From Eledone cirrhosa (Eukaryota): 64,000 bases of DNA. A program made the position numbers and the translations under genes. The stretch lies in contig OZ024748.1 in assembly GCA_964016885.1 (NCBI GenBank), forward strand, positions 50,964,001-51,028,000, given 5' to 3'. The notes below the pieces were generated by a model. The model was not told the origin of the DNA. It saw only the letters and a program-made list of their open reading frames with translations, and did not search any database. This document shows, piece after piece, positions 54,911-64,000 of the stretch (position 1 is its first letter; every line of letters begins with the position of its first letter).

Positions 54911-55227
54911 ACATATGTATATCATTAAACAACGCCATACTAAATATATGACATGGGGGTTCAACTACAAACGACTTACTGTAACAAATATTTTTGAAAC
55001 TGAACACTATTTTTATTACATGAATTTTCGTCAAGTCGAAAACTTTTCAGAAATTTTATGTCTCGAATAAATTTGTTGATCATCTTCATTTATTGATTTT
55101 TGCCTGATGAAAGTATATGTATGAGTGTGTGTGTGAGAGTGCGTGTGCATGTGTGCGTATGTGCATATGCGTGTGTGTATGTATATGCACATATATATAC
55201 CTATATAGGTATATATACTTATATATA

Positions 55228-55270
<43 letters not shown>

Positions 55271-55602
55271 GTGTATATATATATATATATATGCATATAT
55301 GTTTATATAAAATATATATATATATATATATACATACATACATACATACATACACATATAATGATGAAGTCCTATACATTACACATAAAACTGACACATA
55401 CTTAGATATAGATACTGAAGATGATAAAGAGAAAGAAGAAAGGAATAAAATCACTAATTAATCTATTTTCTACCTAATTATCTACCTCCTTAATCATTTA
55501 ATTTTTTATTTACAACAATTTTCATTTTATTTATTGCATTTTTAATCAATCTTTGTGTTGCGCTTCTTGTAGACGTTGATATTCATGATGTTGTAAAAAT
55601 AT

Positions 55603-55633
<31 letters not shown>

Positions 55634-55680
55634 TAAAAAACAAAAATATATATATATATAAGTTTATATATATATATATA

Positions 55681-55714
<34 letters not shown>

Positions 55715-55716
<2 letters not shown>

Positions 55717-55826
55717 AACCAGTAAGACCCCGACGGCTGAGCTCAAGCCGTTTCGACGGCTAATTCTGGACTAAATGAAAATTTATCCTGGTATTTAAAT
55801 AGCCGATCTTCTCAAGGGGTAATTCC
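55715..55826 (-). mobile_element. family F1 copy, possibly with a full variant hammerhead
   Basis: The arm 55715-55772 matches F1. The minus strand can fold as ACCCC-TTGAGAA-GATCGGCTA..TAGCCGTC-GAAACGGC..GCCGTC-GGGGT. Confidence 0.6.
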
Positions 55827-56167
55827 ATATATGGTCAAAGTGATTGTCAAAAATCAGTAGTAATTCTGTGATTGCAAATTAGTAGGGGAGATGGTGGCTA
55901 AACCTGCCAGTAGGAGAAAGAGGGGAGGGGGTGGAGTAGACCGAATCAAGCATTGGTAGTGCCAGCTACAGCTGGGCATGTGGTCAAAGAAGATACAGGG
56001 GAGGGGGAGGGGGAGGAAGTCGGAACGGTAGGTGGAACAATGGGGGGTAAAAATATATATGAAAGAAAAAAATACTGAGAGTGAAGAAAAGCGAATAAGT
56101 GTAAAGAAAAAAGTAAAGCAAGTTCTACGACCTAGGTCTCTAGCTATTGTTAGGCTAGATAAATAAA

Positions 56168-56248
56168 TGTTTTCGACAGCTATTTTTGGAGTCCAGAAAT
56201 AGCCGTCGAAACGGCTTGAGCTCTGCCGTCGGGGTTAAATTTTTTCCT
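56168..56248 (+). mobile_element. family F1 partial copy
   Basis: TTTCGACAGCTATTTTTGGA-GTCCAGAAATAGCCGTCGAAACGGCTTGAGCTCTGCCGTCGGGGTT..TTCC then TA. Confidence 0.8.
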
Positions 56249-56349
56249 ATATATATATATAAGTAAGTTATTCCGGGTTGAATCGGAGGTAACCACAGTA
56301 AGTAAGGTACTCAATACATAGCAGAGCATAAAAGTTTTAATATAGATGA

Positions 56350-56393
56350 GATTCTACAGGACTAGAACTGTTTCATTCTTTAGAAATCATCAG
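56350..56393 (-). ncRNA. hammerhead motif truncated at the 5' strand of stem I
   Basis: Minus strand (TA)n-CTGATGA-TTTCTAAAGAAT-GAAA-CAG..CTG-TA-GAATC. Confidence 0.55.
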
Positions 56394-56412
56394 TATATAT
56401 ATATATATAAAC

Positions 56413-56471
<59 letters not shown>

Positions 56472-57149
56472 GAATTTATTTTTAGTATCATAATGAAACA
56501 AACGCTTTTAAGAGACTGCAGAAAAATCTTCATCAGCCTAAAGAAGCCAAACTTATAATTGTTAAATAATTTAATTACACAGATTGAAGTATATGAGAAT
56601 CCTTAATTAACAGACCTCTTAAAAGACACTGATTTCAATTTAATGCCTACAATTATATTAGGAATACGTAAATAGATACATAGGGCATCAGCATCATCAT
56701 CATTATATATATAAAGGGGAAACTTTAAAAATAATTACTCCGAGATTGTCATTACCAGTTCAACACACTCACACACGCATGCCTATATATATATATATAT
56801 ATATAGATATAGATATATATGCATGTATGTGTGCGTGTGTGTGTGTGTGTATTTGTGTGTGTATGTATTTGTGTGTGGGTGTGGGTGTGTTGGTGTGTGT
56901 GTGTGTGGGTCCAAGATGGCTGATACACGTGTTTTTTCCCAATAAAATATTTTTCCGTTCTTTCCTCTTCTCATTCTCAATCTTTCTATTTCACCTTTTA
57001 TTTCTTTTTCTAATGAAGCACTTGTGTCCGAAACTTAATGACTCGTTTCCTATTATTTTAGGCATTAAACAAATATACTTCTTCATTATATGTGTTGTTT
57101 GCTTTGTTGTCTCCGTTTACATTTTGCATATACATATATATATATATAT

Positions 57150-57336
57150 AACGAAGGAAATGTGGTAAGGAACCAGGTGGACCATAACGCACCAAAGTAC
57201 TCAATACTTAGGGTAGTAGAGTGGGTAATAGGAACGTGTAAGACCCCGACGGCTGAGCTCAAGCCGTTTCGACGGCTAATTCTGGAATTAGCCGTCGAAA
57301 CGGCTTGAGCTCAGCCGTCGGGGTCCTACTCGTTCC
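57150..57336 (-). mobile_element. fold-back family F1 copy
   Basis: Nearly identical to 52982-53167; TA flanks. Confidence 0.85.
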
Positions 57337-57887
57337 TATATATGTATATATCGTGCGCTAAGCAGCCAAAGTATACAAATAATCTATATCTGCATATATA
57401 TGGTGTTCCACAAAAATGTTTACACATATTTATTAGATTGCTGTTTAAGTGTGTATACATTTTGGGGACACCCTGTAAATATATATATATATAGATAAGG
57501 TAATCGAGACTGCGTAAATGTGTATATAAATTTACACATTGAGTATTTCACTTGCAAATGGAAAATATGATATTTTAAAATGGTTTCAACACTCTTTGTG
57601 ACCCCATCAAGAACGCTAATAATATACAAATTCATACCACTATGTCAGTAATAATATTAGAAGCGAAGTTTTATATAAGTAGTTCCTTCTGGTTGTTTAG
57701 ATGATATACATTATTTTGAGGAAAAACCCAAAAGGATTAAATATAGATTCAAAATATTTATCAATGTCTTTTTTTCTTCGCGAATTTAGTCTGTTTCTAT
57801 ATCTACATACATACTGTGTACATTTATGTAATATCTACACGGTTTTGGTTATCTCTGTACTATGTATATACATACATACATACATAC

Positions 57888-57917
<30 letters not shown>

Positions 57918-57919
<2 letters not shown>

Positions 57920-58735
57920 TTCGACGGCTATTTCAGAAATAGCCGTCGAAACGGCTTGAGCTCTGTCGTCGGGGTCATACTTTTTCCTATTTCCCACTCT
58001 ACTACCCTAAGTATTGAGTACTCTGGTGCTTTATTGTCCATCTTGTTCCTTACCACAATTCCTTCATATATATATGAAAAGATTCAGAAACCCGAGGGTT
58101 GAGCTCCGGCCGTTTCGACTGCTAGATCCGAACTGAAGCGTCAGTATTCGAATGGCAGGAATCTCGGTGTATTATCCATATATGGACAGACAGTTAAAGC
58201 AAAATATCTTAAAAGTTCTCTTGTGTTTTTTTTTTCCGCGAGTGGTCAGTAATCGAGGTCAGTAAATATGGCTTTTCTTGTTTTTAAAAATCTAATGTAG
58301 ATAAGTACAATGCCATTTTAACATATTAGAAATAATTGATAAGGAAAAATTCTTTTTTAATATCGTGTGTGCGCGACTGACTAGGTTAACACTTCCAGGT
58401 CTGTAAATCTACTCACTCATTTCCTCTTGCTTTTTATCCTGTCTAGCCCCTTTCCTTGCCGCCATGACTGTAATAAATATAGATAATAACAAGACATTTA
58501 GCAGGAATAAACCAGCTATTTGAACAAGGGTGACCCCGCCCTATTACTGCCCACTCCCGGAGAGGTTTAGTTTTATTCCCGCCGTTCGGATACTGGCGCT
58601 TTAGTTCGGATCTAGCTGTCGAAATGGCCGGAGTTCAGCCATTGGAGTCCTGAATCTTTTCACATTACCCACTCTACTACCCCAAGTATCGAGTACTCTA
58701 GTGGGTTATGGTCTACCTGGTTTTTACCACACCCT
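57918..58735 (+). mobile_element. family F1 copy (57918-58065) and a diverged subfamily copy with arms 58076-58162 / 58575-58661, ~410-bp spacer and tail
   Basis: GAAAAGATTCAG..GAGCTCCGGCCGTTTCGACTGCTAGATCCGAACT versus AGTTCGGATCTAGCTGTCGAAATGGCCGGAGTTC..CTGAATCTTTTC, followed by the F1 tail ATTACCCACTCTACTACCC. Confidence 0.75.
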
Positions 58736-58764
58736 ATCTGATATATATATATATATATTCAACA

Positions 58765-58984
58765 CTCGATCGACTTTTCGACTTTCGTCAAATCGGACCG
58801 AGGAAACAAAGTTTCCGTTGGTCTTTCCAGTTGCTAATACTCTCAATCGATCGCAACACCTGGTAAAAGGAACAACGTGAAATAAAGTGTCTTGCTCAAG
58901 GACGTAATGCATCGCCCGGTCCGGGAATCGAACTCACAACCTAACAATTGAGAATCTAATTCTCTTACCACTCAGCCACGCGCC
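58765..58984 (-). mobile_element. SINE family B copy
   Basis: Reverse complement of the 3368-3582 type. Confidence 0.8.
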
Positions 58985-59017
58985 TTCACAAATTTGACGA
59001 AAGTCGATGGATTGTCG

Positions 59018-59050
<33 letters not shown>

Positions 59051-59623
59051 AGTTTATATATTTTGTTGACACACTTTCCTTGAAACTAAAATCATAATAT
59101 TATAAATTCCTTTTCATTTGATAAAATTTCCATTTCCATTTGTGATTTAGTCTGTTTTTCGTTTTCTTAAAATAATTTTGCTTATTTGTTTATTTGCTTA
59201 TACATTCATTTATTTTTACTGATAATTAACACTTAATTAATACCAAGGGGAAATAGAATTAAAAGAAAAAATGTCTAACTACCAACGTCTCGTTTCTCAA
59301 GTTACATTAAAGAAACTGTATGTATACTTGTAAAAATCAAGCGGAATGGAGTATCTTCATTTAAATGTTAATTGAACTCGAAGGTTTCAATGGAAATAGA
59401 TAATTGGCAAAAGATTTTTGGAGAGAATCTGAAACAATTAAAGATATAATTATGTCTATATTTATTTATACGTCCTTTTATATTTGCAAACGAGCTTACA
59501 CACATACATATATATACACACATACATATATATACATACGTACGTACATATACATAGACATACATACACATACATACGTACATACATATATATACCTACA
59601 TACATACGTACACAATTGTATGC

Positions 59624-59726
<103 letters not shown>

Positions 59727-59809
59727 CATGTATACATACGCACGTACAATCATATTTACATACACCTATATATATATGAATGTCTGCCTGCTAAGAGGGT
59801 TTTATATAT

Positions 59810-59903
<94 letters not shown>

Positions 59904-60747
59904 CGTGTAGGTGTGTGTGAGTGTACATTTATAATTATATATGAATTCACATATGTACACTATGCTTGTGTATACACACATATATACTTGTATACATATA
60001 TTGTACGCAAATCTATATAGATAAAATGTGAGTCTACGCCCGTGTGTGTGTGTGTGTATATGTGTGTATTGTGTGTGTATGTGTGTGTGTGTGTCTGTGT
60101 ATGTGTGTGTATATATATGTGTGTGTGTGTGTGTGTATGTGTGTGTATGTGTATGTGTGTATGTGTGTATGTGTGTGTGTATATATATATATATATGTCT
60201 CTGTGTGTATATATATGTGTGTATATGTGTAGATTGATTACTTCGTTGAATTATTCATTCATGTTGTTTTTTTAACGTTCTCAAATTTATTTATTGGGAG
60301 ATAATTAAAGCCTAGATAAAAATTTCTTAAATTTTAAATTGTTTTGTTGTCCATTAATTAATTAATTAGATGCGTAATAAAAAGATAATTACTCTTAGTA
60401 TTTGCAATTTCTTTTTAATTTTCTGTGTGCGTATGTTTATATCAATGCACAGTGTATCTCTTTCTCTTTCTACGTAGCTACTTATGCATGCGTTATAATT
60501 ATTTTGGCTCTTATTAAAGTGAAATACTAAAATAGGTAAGTAGTTATATTAGAAAAAAATATATACATTATGAAATAAAATGAAATAGATAATGATATAG
60601 ATTCTATTCTTAGAGAATATTCATAGCACTTCAGAAAATTTGTATGACAAAAGTTTCGTCTGTTGGTCGTTCAGGAAATTCAATGTGTGTGAGTATTTCC
60701 AAATAAAGACCATTCCTATTATTTTCTGATAATATATATATATATAT

Positions 60748-61510
60748 ATATTGTTATACTTTGGGAGGGTCATGTTGCCAATAGGAAACACACGCACCAG
60801 TTGATTTCACTTCAATTTATTATAAATTTTATAAATTTTATAAATTTTATAAATATAAATTTTATAAATTTTCGGTTGGTTGGTTCCACAACCGGATGGT
60901 TGTTCATATATTGTCAAAGTTCTTTCGTCACACATTCTGTGACCTCTTCAGTGACTGGGGATTCTTTTCTTTGTTTTGTGCCTCTCCTTTGTTCTGTCCT
61001 ACGCCATCTTGTTTTTGTGTGTGTTGTGTGCTTAGTTTGAGCATGTGTTACATCCAGGTGTCTGTGTGTGTTTGTATTTGTTTATTTACATGTTACTAGT
61101 TAGTTGTTTGTTCTGTGTGTGTTTTCATTTTTTCCTTAATTATAAGTTGTGATTTGGCTATTCCATTCATGTTTTTTATTTAATAACACATGCGCAAACT
61201 AAGCACACAACACACACAAAAACAAGATGGCGTAGGACAGAACAAAGGAGAGGCACAAAACAAAGTAAAGAATCTCCAGTCACTGAAGAGGTCACAGAAT
61301 GTGTGACGAAAGAACTTTGATAATATATGAACAACCATCCGGTTGTGGAACCAACCAACCGAAAATTTATAAAATGTATAATAAATTGAAGTGAAAGCAA
61401 CTGGTGCGTGTGTTTCTTATTGGCAACATGACCCTCCCAAAGTATAACAATATCGGTTTCAACACACGTTTTCAGATAAAGAATCTTGCTAAACAAATTC
61501 AGAAACGAAA
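60748..61510 (+). mobile_element. fold-back element family F4: ~270-300 bp inverted repeat (60748-61050 / 61184-61453) plus tail, TA-flanked
   Basis: Arms are highly similar; the ORF track shows the same peptide on opposite strands. The end CTCCCAAAGTATAACAATAT also occurs at ~1502-1521. Confidence 0.88.
61279..61321 (+). ncRNA. minimal type I hammerhead motif (mirror copy on the minus strand at 60913-60955)
   Basis: GTCA-CTGAAGA-G-GTCACA-GAATG-TGTGAC-GAA-AG-AA-CT-T-TGA(T/C). Confidence 0.7.
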
Positions 61511-62211
61511 TATATATATATATATATATATATATTGGAATTTTGTATTTCAGAAGAAATACGGTATGTTTAAAATAAAACTTTGGAGAGCCGTAGCTAT
61601 GCCAAAACCCTAACGTCGTCTAGCGGTGTACAGCAGACGCAAGGAGCACAATCGTGAATGCGCATATGAATGTGTGTATGTATCTATATATATATAGTAA
61701 TAATAATAAATGTGAAGACTAAAATCCGAAGAGGACTAGATAAGGATAATATATATATAAACATATATAAAAACCGTAGAGCAAATATTTATTCAAATAA
61801 CGGATTAAAGTTTAAGCAAAGAATCGCTGCTTTCACCCTTAACGGGATCTTCTGAAACTAAAAAAAAAATAATCAATCTGTGGACGCAGAAGTAAACATT
61901 TCGAATAACGTTGCAACGAAGGAAAACAGAAAGACGATACCTTGGTTGGTGAAGACGTTCCCTGGCAATGAACGGGAAAAAAAGTGAGGATAATACGTCG
62001 TTATGTGGAGCGGTGAGAACAATATCACGCAAAGACAAGACAAGAAAACAAAACAAAAAAACAAATCCACATTTATGGTATAACCAATATTCTATATAGA
62101 CCAATATTCTATTTAGAATAACCGAATGATTCTCAACTCCAGAGTTTAAGAATAAAGTAAATAAATTTGTTGAACGAAAATGACAGGTTATTAAAATCGT
62201 AAAAGTAATCA

Positions 62212-62605
62212 ATAATTGTTTCTACTTTTGGCACAAGGCCAGCAATTATCCCAGTGAATTACTGGTACTTTATTTTATCGACCCCGTAAGGATGAAAGGC
62301 AAAGTTAACCTCGGCGGGATTAAAACTCAGACCGTAAAGGGCCGTACCTCTATGCTGCTCAGCATGGCATCCGACCCTCTAGCGATACTGCCTACTCAAC
62401 GCCCCGAGTAAGTAATAATTGTTTCTACTTTTGGCACAAGGCCAGCAATTACCCAGTGTATTACTGGTACTTTATTTTATCGACCCCGTAAGGATGAAAG
62501 GTAAAGTTAACCTCGGCGGGATTTGAACTCAGAATAGCAAGGGCCGTAACTCTGTGTGTCAAAGCATTGTGTCGGACCCTCTACCGATACTGCCAATCCA
62601 TTGCC
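62212..62605 (-). mobile_element. two tandem SINE family A copies
   Basis: Both have the full structure; CCGAGTAAGTAATAAT is repeated at ~62404 and ~62604. Confidence 0.85.
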
Positions 62606-62636
62606 GAGTAAGTAATAATAGTTCAGATTTAGGCCA

Positions 62637-62669
<33 letters not shown>

Positions 62670-62815
62670 CTATTCCAAGGAAATCACCAGGAAAAGCCCT
62701 GATGATTGAAGAACGACTTATGACCGAAATACTGAACCCTCCTCTACTTCCTCCTAAGAGTGATACTAATGAGAATTCCTGTTTGTGCATGTTTGGGTTT
62801 TCATTTCTTTAACAT

Positions 62816-62943
<128 letters not shown>

Positions 62944-63032
62944 TGTGTGTGTAGAGGTATCGGCTAGAATTCTCCGCGGTATTCGTTCCGGCTATCAGCG
63001 ATCAGAGTTCACATTCGACTAAGTTAACGTTG

Positions 63033-63086
<54 letters not shown>

Positions 63087-63399
63087 CCTCTAACATTCAG
63101 TGAAAGGAATTGGATGTGTTCCCACCTGTAAAGTGATGGTTTTCTTCTAATTTAAAGTGCCTCAAGTTCAACGTTCATGCATGTCTTCTGTCTGTATATA
63201 TGTCTGCATGCATGAATGTGTGTGTGTATATGCGTATGTGAGTTTGTATAAATATTTGTAAGTATGTATGCATGTGTATGTATGTGTATGTGTGTATGTG
63301 CGTAAGTATGCATGGTTTTCTCAGATAAATAATAAATAGGTAAAATAGATAGATAAGATAAAATGGAATTCTAAAAGATCAATTTTACCGTGCTGTTAA

Positions 63400-63970
63400 C
63401 ATACAAGGCCACGGCATAAACCAAAGTGATGGTTTAAATTATAATTTAACGCTCTGAAGATTGATATGGAGAAATGGGAGAGGCCTACGAAAAAGATAAT
63501 CGAATATAAATATGATGTCTTTCAGAAAGAGCGAGTGGGGCATGCTGCTTTGAAGCGTTCACTTCCTAAGGGGTACTCAAGTGCAGTGCCTGCAAAAATT
63601 CAGCAGTAATTGAGGTGCTATATATGTGGCCGATTTCCGGTTTTGTTAACTATCTGAAATCACAAGAGCCAGAGAGGAATCGAGCCAACTGTAAGATGGT
63701 TCTACCGTCACACATTCCACCTTACATTTGCAGTGAGTGTGGCTTAATTTACAAGTCAGCAGGTGGACTGACCAGACATGGTAAAATGCATGAAGTCACA
63801 CCTCAGCCAGTTTTGCCAGGAGACAAACAGTTCAAGTGTCACTCCTGTGAACCTACCTACAAAACAAAAGCAGGCATGAAAAATCATCTGCGTGCACATG
63901 ATCGAGCAATGTTCGATGAAGGGATGGCACACTTCTGACAAGAAGTAGCAATCGGTATGTATGTATATAT
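63400..63970 (+). pseudogene. probable RTE/BovB-like LINE 3' end with two C2H2 zinc fingers
   Basis: ORF 63615-63938 contains YICSECGLIYKSAGGLTRHGKMH and FKCHSCEPTYKTKAGMKNHLRAH. Upstream is NALKIDMEKWE (RTE-like ID...WE). There is no TGEKP linker, and an (ATGT)n tail follows the stop. Confidence 0.6.
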
Positions 63971-64000
63971 GGAGGGATTGTGAGATAAATGGATAACATT

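Noticed and set aside
55812-55870. Minus-strand ELLLIFDN/TLTIYGITP* resembling a GIY-YIG C-terminus
   Set aside because: It needs a frameshift, is very short, and upstream sequence is a pyrimidine tract rather than ORF; probably chance.

Overview
Eukaryotic, very AT-rich, gene-poor DNA saturated with (TA)n, (CA)n, (GA)n and trinucleotide microsatellites. The repeat repertoire looks like a cephalopod (octopus-type) intergenic or intronic region, but that taxon is an inference. I find no convincing host protein-coding gene; almost all ORFs in the track are microsatellite artefacts. Protein-like signals are decayed retrotransposon fragments: CR1, several RTE-clade pieces (one ending in two C2H2 fingers), a CRE-like restriction-like endonuclease end, and a Penelope-like RT/GIY-YIG. 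There are also two tRNA-derived SINE families (about 30 copies), Tc1/mariner and hAT MITEs, and a 161-bp satellite. The main hidden structure is a dense set of type I hammerhead-ribozyme (HHR) motifs from at least 7 unrelated sequence families. Several sit in 'long inverted repeat + unique tail' cassettes inserted into (TA)n. Some cassettes encode a hammerhead on both strands, one family has a non-canonical core, and the most abundant family (about 11 copies) carries only the GAAA/stem III/GUC half. All structures were paired by eye and coordinates of decayed repeats are approximate.
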